Assembly (NCBI RefSeq): GCF_001194135.2
Contig: NC_068987.1
Span: forward strand, 14,722,780 to 14,759,413
Reading direction: 5' to 3'
Origin: Octopus bimaculoides
Taxonomy: Eukaryota
Length of the DNA stretch: 36,634 nt
This document shows, piece after piece, positions 10,361 through 21,422 of the stretch (positions are counted from its first letter, which is position 1; every line of letters starts with the position of its first letter). The notes beneath the pieces are model-generated. The model saw only the letters and a list, made by a program, of their open reading frames with translations. It did not search any database and was not told where the DNA came from. The position numbers and the translations under genes are program-made.

Positions 10361-11862
10361 NNNNNNNNNNNNNNNNNNNNNNNNNNNNNNNNNNNNNNNN
10401 NNNNNNNNNNNNNNNNNNNNNNNNNNNNNNNNNNNNNNNNNNNNNNNNNNNNNNNNNNNNNNNNNNNNNNNNNNNNNNNNNNNNNNNNNNNNNNNNNNNN
10501 NNNNNNNNNNNNNNNNNNNNNNNNNNNNNNNNNNNNNNNNNNNNNNNNNNNNNNNNNNNNNNNNNNNNNNNNNNNNNNNNNNNNNNNNNNNNNNNNNNNN
10601 NNNNNNNNNNNNNNNNNNNNNNNNNNNNNNNNNNNNNNNNNNNNNNNNNNNNNNNNNNNNNNNNNNNNNNNNNNNNNNNNNNNNNNNNNNNNNNNNNNNN
10701 NNNNNNNNNNNNNNNNNNNNNNNNNNNNNNNNNNNNNNNNNNNNNNNNNNNNNNNNNNNNNNNNNNNNNNNNNNNNNNNNNNNNNNNNNNNNNNNNNNNN
10801 NNNNNNNNNNNNNNNNNNNNNNNNNNNNNNNNNNNNNNNNNNNNNNNNNNNNNNNNNNNNNNNNNNNNNNNNNNNNNNNNNNNNNNNNNNNNNNNNNNNN
10901 NNNNNNNNNNNNNNNNNNNNNNNNNNNNNNNNNNNNNNNNNNNNNNNNNNNNNNNNNNNNNNNNNNNNNNNNNNNNNNNNNNNNNNNNNNNNNNNNNNNN
11001 NNNNNNNNNNNNNNNNNNNNNNNNNNNNNNNNNNNNNNNNNNNNNNNNNNNNNNNNNNNNNNNNNNNNNNNNNNNNNNNNNNNNNNNNNNNNNNNNNNNN
11101 NNNNNNNNNNNNNNNNNNNNNNNNNNNNNNNNNNNNNNNNNNNNNNNNNNNNNNNNNNNNNNNNNNNNNNNNNNNNNNNNNNNNNNNNNNNNNNNNNNNN
11201 NNNNNNNNNNNNNNNNNNNNNNNNNNNNNNNNNNAATGCGGTGCCCTGGTATGGACAGCACATATACTGAAACGAGTAGAGAGTATATATAAGTAGCTAT
11301 CCATGTATCATACTTAATGCAGATACATCATGAAACGCGAATTAACTACGATATTTCTGTGGCTATTGAATCTCTTATGGGCGTACAGTGTTTAAAAACA
11401 CGAAACTACATAAGTAACAGACGAAAATCGTCCGAGAGCGGCGGTGAAAATACTACATGCACCTTCTTTTCTCGTTGGGTTTGGTCAGTAGCATATACCC
11501 ACTACCAGCTACTTGCAAAAAAAAAAAAAAAAATACCGCTATTGGTATAGGAAAACAGTGACTGAAAAACAACTGATGCTCCGTTTAGCCGCCCAGCTGA
11601 ATGAAAATTTATAATATGCAACAGAAACGGTATTAGATTTAGCATACTCATCGCCGTTGCTGAATGATTTTCGTTAGCTACTGATATAGTTTTGTGTTTC
11701 TAAACACAGCAAGTTCATAAGGAATATTATCCCTGGGCAAATATCGCAATTAATTTGCTTTTCGTGATGTATCTGCATTACGTATAATACACACATGGCT
11801 ATATTAATCTAATATTGCTTCTATTGCATGCAACGTATATATACATAAACACACATGCATGC

Positions 11863-11920
<58 letters not shown>

Positions 11921-13488
11921 ACACACACAAAAAGATATGTATAAATGTGTGTGCCTGTGTGTGTCTGTATGTGTCTGTATGTCTTTGCGTGTATATGTAT
12001 TCATGTGTGTTTATACATAGATGTACACATATGCTTGTGTGTATGTATTATGTATGTGTATATATATGCATATAATACATGTATGCATACATTATATACA
12101 TGCATATATATATATATATATATATATATANNNNNNNNNNNNNNNNNNNNNNNNACACGCACATGCACACACACATATTACTTCCATACGGATAAGTGTA
12201 TGTTTGCACCAAACAATAAACACATAAACATGTTTATCAGATACCTATAAACTTGTGTGCGCATTAATACATCAAAACACAATTGCAAAACCCGAACACT
12301 CACATACTTCCTCCTCTTTATAGATTCTCGCCCATTTAGCCACAATAACTCACATACTCACACATATCTGTATACGCGCCCCCACACATTAACATTCGCA
12401 TATCCTTCCACGAATAGCAATTCACAGAAGATTAAATCAAATTCACAGAACATAAAAGTAATTAATTATACTGACAATCAGTATTTGAAACTATACACAT
12501 ATTCGTCCCACTATTCTTGTCTCTTCTCTCTATCCGACTGACCAACTGCGTTTATTCCGATGACCGAACAATTGTGAGCCTTTCACCTACCTACACATAC
12601 CCTCTCCTTCTCTTGCACCTAGGCAATTACTTACAAATATTTGCCCTGACATTGTTGCTCACCCCCTAGAATAACTTAATCAGTTGTATATATATNNNNN
12701 NNNNNNNNNNNNNNNNNNNNNNNNNNNNNNNNNNNNNNNNNNNNNNNNNNNNNNNNNNNNNNNNNNNNNNNNNNNNNNNNNNNNNNNNNNNNNNNNNNNN
12801 NNNNNNNNNNNNNNNNNNNNNNNNNNNNNNNNNNNNNNNNNNNNNNNNNNNNNNNNNNNNNNNNNNNNNNNNNNNNNNNNNNNNNNNNNNNNNNNNNNNN
12901 NNNNNNNNNNNNNNNNNNNNNNNNNNNNNNNNNNNNNNNNNNNNNNNNNNNNNNNNNNNNNNNNNNNNNNNNNNNNNNNNNNNNNNNNNNNNNNNNNNNN
13001 NNNNNNNNNNNNNNNNNNNNNNNNNNNNNNNNNNNNNNNNNNNNNNNNNNNNNNNNNNNNNNNNNNNNNNNNNNNNNNNNNNNNNNNNNNNNNNNNNNNN
13101 NNNNNNNNNNNNNNNNNNNNNNNNNNNNNNNNNNNNNNNNNNNNNNNNNNNNNNNNNNNNNNNNNNNNNNNNNNNNNNNNNNNNNNNNNNNNNNNNNNNN
13201 NNNNNNNNNNNNNNNNNNNNNNNNNNNNNNNNNNNNNNNNNNNNNNNNNNNNNNNNNNNNNNNNNNNNNNNNNNNNNNNNNNNNNNNNNNNNNNNNNNNN
13301 NNNNNNNNNNNNNNNNNNNNNNNNNNNNNNNNNNNNNNNNNNNNNNNNNNNNNNNNNNNNNNNNNNNNNNNNNNNNNNNNNNNNNNNNNNNNNNNNNNNN
13401 NNNNNNNNNNNNNNNNNNNNNNNNNNNNNNNNNNNNNNNNNNNNNNNNNNATATATATATATATATATATATACCAGCATGCATACGT

Positions 13489-13567
13489 GGCAGTTTAGCT
13501 TAATGGTTTAGAGCAGCGCGATGCGTAATCACCGAGGTGTGAGTTCGAGTCTCTTTGCCGACCGCCA
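13489..13567 (+). pseudogene. Degenerate tRNA-like sequence (tRNA pseudogene or solo SINE head)
   Basis: A box TAGCTTAATGG, D-stem GCTT/GAGC, T-loop GAG-TTCGAGT-CTC, imperfect acceptor GGCAGTT/GACCGCC. The anticodon arm is distorted and there are extra bases before the acceptor 3' strand. Confidence 0.5.
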
Positions 13568-13828
13568 ACACTATTTTCTGCAAAATAGGAGTAGCTTATA
13601 TTAGGCTATATTATTAGCATTATCCTGCGTTTGAGAATTTAAAAATCACTTCTTTAACTTTCTAAGACATCTCAACGCTTCTAAAGCAAACTTCATTTGT
13701 TTGTTTACGCTCATCGTAATTTGAATTTAACGTATATATATGTATATCGTCAGTTTGTTGCCTCATTTATTTTCGATGCGACAACTTTCTGTTAATACAT
13801 TTGATTTTATGACAACCTCTGTCTAAAC

Positions 13829-14150
13829 CTTAGGTTCTCAAAGTGGATGCTACTGCTCCCTGGTGGGCGTTGAGACGGTGCAGGGGGGCGCTGGTGCCTA
13901 AGCGGGCGATGTGGGGGGGCATTAGAGAAAAAGGTGTCATTGGGAGGAAGGCAGTGAATTGGGGGACTCTACGAATTTATAATATAATAGTATTGTATAC
14001 AAATTATATAATATATAAAGTATCAAATTATTCATAGTATATATAAATTAGTAAAATATAAAATATTTATACATGAAAATAGGGATGGGGCGCTGAGGGT
14101 ATTATGTGGCCAAGAGGGGGGCGTTGGCCCAAAAAGTTTGAGAACCTCTG
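13829..14150. mobile_element. hAT-like (Charlie-type) MITE
   Basis: TIRs cttaggttctcaaa and tttgagaacctctg; gtctaaac repeated at both ends (8-bp NTCTARAN-like target). Confidence 0.65.
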
Positions 14151-14631
14151 TCTAAACGTTTACACATTACCCACAACACATCATTAGCGCTTAATAAAGA
14201 GACTCTCAAATTCAAACATAATACAGTACAGCAAAGCAATTCTTATCATTAATTTCATGGTTGGTAATTTTCTTTGAAGAAATTCAATTGTCTAGACATT
14301 GGTCGGGTCAAGCCAAGGATGGGAGCATGCGCTGCTGCAGCGTGTCGTCGCATCCACCGTTTGTCGATGATTCTCTACTCCTTGTGGATCACGCCTCTGT
14401 AGCACTCATGCGACAACCCTCCCAACTATGGGTCTGTTTCGGTAATCAGTGCTGAGGAAGGTTGGGTCCATTCTTTCTTATGCCGGTCCTCACACTGACA
14501 TAGACGAATATCTTTAAAGAATATCATAGCTTGAAAAATAGCCAGTGGGACATTTTGAACTTTATAGCTTTATATATTGAACTATCTAGCGTTATATATT
14601 GAAACACCACAGACAGAAAAACAGACAGACA

Positions 14632-14632
<1 letters not shown>

Positions 14633-14711
<79 letters not shown>
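14633..14711. repeat. (CA)n microsatellite
   Basis: Direct reading. Confidence 0.95.
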
Positions 14712-14715
<4 letters not shown>

Positions 14716-15607
14716 CGCACATATACACGCACGCACACATGTATATACTCGTGTAAAGTCATATTCAGCATACCTGTATGCATTCAGACATGAGAAAACC
14801 CTTCGCTGCTGAAATAGTGCTGGGTAGATTATCTCCTCTTAGACATAAATTTAGGACTTATTATAAATTCTTTTAAATCTTGCCAAGGAGGTGTACAAAA
14901 GTACCGTTTATGCACAGGTAAGGCCCACGAAATCCTTATGACGGATAATCATATAATCATTAGTTATTAAATAAGCGAATTATTTATCTTAAATGAATTA
15001 GTTATCTTTTTTGTTTCTTTACTAATCATAAATCTTGCAGAATTAGTTATCAACTACATACACAGAATGATGTGGCTATTTTGTAGTTAGATTATAAATG
15101 ATTAATTATTACTAATTAATCAATAACGGATTAAAATATATGCTGGATACGGCAACATTCAATTAGGCGAATCATGGACGCATGGGGGAAGTATATGGAT
15201 TTTATAATTTCTTGTCTTTCCGTTTATTCTCTTCTCATTCTAATTGCCAGGTTTATGAGAAGAATGATTTGCACTGAAGGATGGAACATCTAAATAGAAC
15301 TATAACTTATATGCTTTTACATGTATTAACTCAGGCAATTACTAAACTATTATTACGGTAATAATGGTATCTGTCGCTTCTCTAAGTGTTATTATATATT
15401 ATTATTCTTTCTGGGTTTTACTTGTCATTATTATTATGTCTCTCTTATTGACGAATAAATTACCATCTACCAAATAATGTATTTCATTTTGTACTTAATG
15501 TTATTATTATCGTTGCGTCCATATGAAATATAACTATGAATCTCGTTATAACAGCTTGAATAGCTGCTTTTCTGTATCAATTAACTTGTTATTCTCTTTT
15601 TGTGTTA

Positions 15608-15820
15608 AGTATGGCAGAACGGATAATGTGGAGAAACACTCTGCTTTGTGCTATTTCCCATGGCTCTTCACATTCTGAGTTCAAGTCTCACCGAGGTCAA
15701 TTTTGTGTTTCATCCCCCTTTCGATCGGGGATCATTACAATAAGCTCAAGTACTGGGTCGATGGTGTTAACTAATACTCATCTTCTAAATATTCCTCACT
15801 TTGTATCTAAATAAGAAATA
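15608..15820 (+). mobile_element. Degenerate SINE family A copy
   Basis: tggcagaacggataat...ttctgagttcaagtctcaccgaggtcaattttgtgtttcatcc...gtactgggtcgatg. Confidence 0.55.
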
Positions 15821-15879
15821 ATAATGAATTCAAATTTTGGCTCAAAGCCAGCGAATTCCGGAAGGCGCTAAGTCGAATA

Positions 15880-16156
15880 CGATGTCTGATCAATAATTAT
15901 CCGGACTGTTGCAATAGTAACGAAGCTAAAGTACGCTGAGTAAAGTCGCTTGGCACAGATTAACCTTGAACGCTGCTGTGCAGACGCACTAAATTTTAAC
16001 GTTCTAGCTCACTTCCACTGCATACAACAGTGCTTGGAAGGAAGGTGTGTAGCGTGTGATCGTCACATTGACCATGAAAGAGAAAGTTGAGCAGAGAACC
16101 TGCATCAAATTTTGCCAAAAGCTTGGTGATACCTACTCAGAGGCCTATGCAAAGTT
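15880..16156 (+). mobile_element. Mariner left end with transposase N-terminus
   Basis: TA + cgatgtctgatcaataattatccggact (mariner-type TIR); ATG at 16074 gives MKEKVEQRTCIKFCQKLGDTYSEAYAK (HTH start). Confidence 0.8.
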
Positions 16157-16587
16157 TTCAAAAAGTGTTCATAGTTCTCGACACAATCAAAGGAGGTCTT
16201 GTGTATTTGAAACCCGTGTGTCATTTTGGTCAGCTGAAAGCAGTTTTAGCACCAACTAAGCAGACGTGCGTCTCATACCGAAATCTTCAGTGACAATGGA
16301 CTGAACTGAACCATAACTAATCTTCACATCCTCTGATAACTTACGGATGGCGATTCGACGATTTCCCCTCACAGCTGCACGCACACCTGTGATGGTTTTC
16401 GCAGTTCTGCTGTTTGCAGGTATCCCAGAACGTTCGTCAATATCGACACGTCTGGCTCACTCGTACAATTGTGTGCGGCTCATACACACCTCTCCATACA
16501 CTTTCTTCAACTTGGCATAGGTCTCTGAGCAGGTATCGTCATGATAACTTTCTCTGTCATGGTCAATATGACGATCACACGTTACAC
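16150..16587 (-). mobile_element. Mariner transposase N-terminal fragment in the opposite orientation
   Basis: ATG at 16560; MTEKV..DTCSETYAKLKKVYGEVCMSRTQLYE..RS(G)..VRAAVRGNRRIAIRKLSEDVKISYGSVQSIVTEDFGMRR..KLLSADQ..DCVENYEHFLKTL, with stops and indels. Confidence 0.8.
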
Positions 16588-16626
16588 AAAATTTCGGGCC
16601 TTGTGCCTAGAGTAGAAAAGAATATT
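16587..16626 (+). mobile_element. Solo 3' tail of SINE family A
   Basis: caaaatttcgggccttgtgcctagagtagaaaagaatatt matches 16816-16855. Confidence 0.7.
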
Positions 16627-16636
16627 CTATCATTTA

Positions 16637-16855
16637 AAGGCGGCGAGCTGGCAGAATCGTTAGCACACCGAGCGAAATGCTTAGCGATATTTCATGTCGT
16701 TACATTCTGAGTTCAAATTCCGCCCAGGTCAACTTTGCCTTTCATCCTTTCGGGGGTCAATAAATTAAGTACCAGTTGTGTACTGAGATCAATGAAATCG
16801 ACTGGCCCCCTTCCCCAATATATCGGGCTTTGCGCCTAGAGTAGAAAAAATTATT
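16637..16855 (+). mobile_element. Near full-length tRNA-derived SINE, family A
   Basis: A-box-like tggcagaatcgttag, B-box-like gagttcaaattcc, central gtcaactttgcctttcatcctttcggggg...aagtaccag module; homologues at 15608, 23742, 23877 and 29973. Confidence 0.8.
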
Positions 16856-16890
16856 TCTTTTATGTAATGGTGTGTATAAATACTCCTTCA

Positions 16891-17407
16891 TCTTTAAATT
16901 GTTTCAGGCGTTGAACTGCGAAGTTAAAGAGTTTAATGCAACAAATCAACTCCAGTACTGATTTTTTGAGATTTTGAGCCTTGTATTTATTCTATAACTT
17001 AGCGTTATAAAACTATTAAGTTAGGAGGACGTAAACAAACCAACATCGGTTGTTTAGTGGTGGTAGATGGTGAAGTGCAGGCACACACACACACACACAC
17101 ACACACGCGCGCATTCTCTCACATACACACAAACACAATATTGAATATATTTACAGATGTGCTTTGCCAGTTCGCGGGCAGGCTGCATTTTTAGGTGTAA
17201 GGGAACATATTTATATCAATTCGCCTGGTGTTATACATATACACAACGGCTTCTTTCAGTTTCCGTCTACCATATTCACTCACAAGGCTTCGGTTTGCCC
17301 GTGGTTATAGTAGAAGACACTCGACAAAGGTGCTAAGCAGTCCTGTCTAAACCAGGAGCCATGTAGTGGGGAAACAATCTTCTTACCACACAGCCACGCC
17401 TTCGCCT
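16891..17407 (-). mobile_element. Composite full-length SINE family B (head 17245-17407, internal microsatellite, 3' half 16891-17065)
   Basis: Both halves lie in the same orientation around a (CA)n tract; ~100 bp of unassigned sequence at 17140-17235. Confidence 0.65.
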
Positions 17408-18864
17408 ATAATGTTCATATACTGTGTGGATCTATTCGCATGCGCAATGCTTTGTCGATGACACTCTTAGTACGTGGTGGATTGTATTCTCTCACTATGT
17501 ATGTAAGCTAAGAGAAAAGCTGGTAAGCCTCATTGTACGTGGCTCTGTGCACAAATATAGATGGACGATAATGAGGGTTTGTATTTTTGTCAATGCATAA
17601 ATGGTGCTATGGTGTCTTTTCACTTGGTCACCTGTTTACATTTATATCTGGTATTATATAATGATTCGGATGCCTTGGTGCATGGGAGAGGGGTTTTATT
17701 TAAGGTCTATGTTGTGGTGGATGTGTAAAAGAGAATCTGTATAGAAGTTTAGCCAGTGATTGTGACTGTATACATTCTCGTGCATATGTCCGTGCTTTGA
17801 TATTAATCTCTGATTATAGTATGTGTATATGTTTGTGTATGTCTATGTATGTTTGGTGGGGACAGAGACATTTTAAACTTATATGAAAATATCACAGGGC
17901 ATTTCAAACGTTATAGTGAGATCTATGGGGGCTCTAATTACTTCAATAACTCCGCGGTACGAGCGATTCACTATTTTCTTTATCACTAATTCTAATCGAA
18001 TTTACACGTTAAGTTATTCTGAAGATTCCTGAAAAGGATGAAATAGCACTATCCACAATTATTGCCTACGAGAAATTGTAATAAATTTGCCATAGATAAG
18101 GAAATTATACATGTGAACACTCTGTATCCTCTTCGCATGCCTTGATTTCAAATTCAAAATTCTAATCCTGCTTCATGCTGCGTGGAGATAGTTATTTCCC
18201 TTTGTATTAACGTATATAATAATGTTCCCAGCATTGTTCTATCTATAATATGATACTTCTACACAATGGTATCTTGTCCTGTCAGAAAGTTTCTTTATTT
18301 AACTACATTTTGATTCGAATTCTTCATTTATTATTTTCTTATTGTGATTCCTTTATAATTATTTTTATTTATTCTTTATCGTTGGTTTGGAATGACAATG
18401 CGAGTAAAAGATAACGCGAACAATATTCCCTTTCTTTGGAAATTTTGTTTTCCTTATCTTCTAATTTTTTCTTTTATCTTTGTTTATACTTTATCTATGT
18501 ATTTGTATTTACGTATTTCTTTAATCTTCTGATTTTATCGCTATTGTCTTCCGTGACTTTTGATTGAGCATGATTCTCTAGTGTCCAAGGTCGATATGAA
18601 AAGAGCAAAAAATTAATCACTAAACAAATTTATATTCGTTGATGACAATCTCGAAGAAGAATAAGAACGATGAGGCAAAACTTCTCTATTTATTGCTATA
18701 ATATTTTCCTGATTCATTGGACAATACGTAGTTTTGCATTATTGTGTAAAAGCAACATCCATTTACAATTAATCTACGATGGGCGCTTTTTCTCCGAATT
18801 TTTTTCTTGTGCAATGTTTCCAGTTAACGACAGTTTTTGTTTCCATTAACTGTTTCGTTTTCAG

Positions 18865-18923
18865 TTACCTCCTCATGATTAAGCAACGCCCTTCATTTCC
18901 CATCAAGCATAACTTTTTCGAAG
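18865..18923 (+). CDS. Candidate 59-bp exon (YLLMIKQRPSFPIKHNFFE), product unknown
   Basis: tgtttcgttttcag acceptor and GAAG|GTAAAC donor; one open frame. Overlaps the perfect hairpin. Confidence 0.25.
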
Positions 18924-18975
18924 GTAAACACCTTCGAAAAAGTTATGCTTGATGGGAAATGAAGGGCGTTGCTTA
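18880..18975. repeat. Perfect 46-bp inverted repeat with a 4-nt loop (AAAC)
   Basis: 18880-18925 is the exact reverse complement of 18930-18975. Confidence 0.97.
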
Positions 18976-19346
18976 CCTTGACTGCAAACCATTGGTAGCT
19001 TTCGTAGGATGTGATTGTAGAGAACCTATCTTCCCTTACTTAATGAAATAGCTGTTGAGACCAAACGAGGTATAAACTACATGTGGAACAAAGACTTTTC
19101 TGATTCTATGCTAAATGTGTTACTTCATTAGATCGTTTTAGCTGATTATGTAAATACATGCAAGCGATCCCACGTGCATTTATGTAATGCAATAATGTGT
19201 CGCAGCTTAACAACATTTTATTATTGTGGATTCATTTTTTCATGTTTATACATCAATTCTCTCTCTTTTTGACATCTTTCCTTCTTTCATTCCTTTCTTT
19301 CTTAATATATGTATGTGTATGATGTAACGAATAGATNNNNNNNNNN

Positions 19347-19387
<41 letters not shown>

Positions 19388-19684
19388 TTGTGAATACATA
19401 TATATGTCTGAATTTGTGTGTGTGTGTGCATGTGTGCATGTGTGCATATATATAGTAATAATCATAATAACCATCCATGGATGGAATTTGTATATATGAT
19501 ATTTTAATATATTGCTACGCACGTTTCCACAAATCATATGTTTTTGTGACCATAATCCGCATTCCTGAGATAATTACAAAACAATTTGTAATATCTTTGG
19601 ACATCAGTTGGGTCCTTGTTCATGCTTTCATTTCTTCAGGCGATATAGCGATACATTAAAATGCTTATATATTCCATCCATGGA

Positions 19685-19837
19685 TTCTTCTTCTTCTTCT
19701 TCTTCTTCTTCTTCTTCTTCTTCTTCTTCTTCTTCTTCTTCTTCTTCTTCTTCTTCTTCTTCTTCTTCTTCTTCTTCTTCTTCTTCTTCTTCTTCTTCTT
19801 CTTCTTCTTCTTCTTCTTCTTCTTCTTCTTCTTCTTC
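19685..19837. repeat. (TTC)51 pure microsatellite
   Basis: Direct reading; followed by a short (TTA)n. Confidence 0.95.
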
Positions 19838-20004
19838 TCATTATTATTATTATTACTATATTTATCCTACGTTCTATCGGCACAACTCGGTAAGATCCCA
19901 TAAAACTGCTCTCGCAAGTTGGAATCACTAAGCCATAGCCGACATAACATAGATTTTATATGCTCACTCAAGACGTTTCCCGTAAACGAACTTAAAGGAT
20001 ACAC

Positions 20005-20050
<46 letters not shown>

Positions 20051-20494
20051 ATACAATGTGAGTCTGTTTTTATGTATTGCATAAGAAATTTGGCAAGCAA
20101 AGTAAATAAAGAGGTCAGAGATGCATCTGAATCGTTTCTATCTTCCCCATTATACACCAACGTTTGCTTTACCGATTTTCAGTCGCATAAAGTCATAAAT
20201 TTTGAATGAACATCAATCAAAGCTCCTCATTGTTGTCCTATTCCCAACACTGTGTTGTACTTTCATTAATACATCTAAATAAATTGATTAGATTTATTTT
20301 AAAATATATATGCATTATAGCCTCTTTTTATAATGCTATAGCTGATGCAGTCGTAATGAAGGCTATATAAATTTTGCTTTGTCAATCAAAAGAAATCAAT
20401 AACGCGAGTAGTTAACTGTAAAGGGTAGACATTGAACTCCATTCTGATTACTATTTCTGACTTGAGCATTATCTTTTTGTTGTTTTGCTTGCAG

Positions 20495-20541
20495 TTTCCA
20501 GTATAGTTCGCTGTCAATTATGAAAACTTCCTCTTATAAAG
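20495..20541 (+). CDS. Candidate 47-bp exon (FQYSSLSIMKTSSYK)
   Basis: tttttgttgttttgcttgcag acceptor and AAAG|GTAGGT donor; one open frame. Confidence 0.25.
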
Positions 20542-21080
20542 GTAGGTGTTTGATTTCGTTTCCTCCATTTAAATTCAAGCATTTCTAATTTTATTCTCGT
20601 TGTTGTTATTCAACCAAGACTTAACTATTTTCTTTATTCTTCAAGTCTTTCTCCGTTTCGCATAGAATAAGATGGAAGGAATATACCCTTTGTAGTTCAG
20701 GCCACAACTGGAAGCTGTAATGTAAACGAGCTACGTCTTCCATATTGCATCACTGCACATATAATATTTTTCATAATTAAATATGCACACCGTATCTCAC
20801 TTGCCTTTGTTCTTACGTAGCATAAAAAAACAACTTAATATACTACAGTAAATCCCATTTAAAACTGAAAATAGATATCTTTTAAGACCGCTTCTCTTGT
20901 TATTTTTTCCCTAAAACAATGCTATCTTTGGTGTTCTAAATATTCTGTCTTTCAAACGTTCGTATTCTAAATTTTAGATAATTTAAAGTTCGACTTTCTG
21001 ACATTCTGCCTTATCTTATGATCTAAACTAATAATATATATATATTATAGTGGGGTAGGCCGGTTTATGAGGTCACCATG

Positions 21081-21190
21081 GGTTTCTTGCTCATAAGGGG
21101 TTTAGCCTTACGGCGTATCTTCGGACACCAAACATTGGTTTCTCGCTCATAGGGGGTTTAGCCTTACGGCGTATCTTCGGACACCAAACA
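21081..21190. repeat. Tandem duplication, 56-bp period, 2 copies
   Basis: ggtttc..gctcata..ggggtttagccttacggcgtatcttcggacaccaaaca at 21081 and 21137, with 2 mismatches. Confidence 0.92.
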
Positions 21191-21422
21191 CTGCTGGCCT
21201 GAGACCTCTTTAAAACATGGAGGAGGAAAAGCCTCGTTTTTAAGGGTAAAACACTAGGTGATTATCTCCCTTTGCCATTGTCCATCGATCTTCGGCCGCG
21301 TTGCTATCTTTCGGTCACCAAAGCATCACTAAGATTAATGATTGTCTCCCTTCGGCCTTGGCTATTGGTTTCTGGTTGTGGAACCGCCATGCGGATTTCA
21401 GAAATCCAGTAGGAATTTTCTA

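Noticed and set aside
14290-14510. GC-elevated segment that might be a LINE 3' fragment
   Set aside because: No recognisable motif in any frame and no second copy in the window.
15130-15300. Possible 60-bp intron (15191-15250) with flanking short open frames
   Set aside because: Weak donor, very short frames, no recognisable peptide.
18977-19051. Minus-strand exon ending at AAG|GTAAGC beside the hairpin
   Set aside because: From the best acceptor all three frames contain stops; it could only be non-coding.
21081-21190. Direct repeats as a CRISPR-like array
   Set aside because: Two adjacent copies without unique spacers, eukaryotic context, no cas genes.
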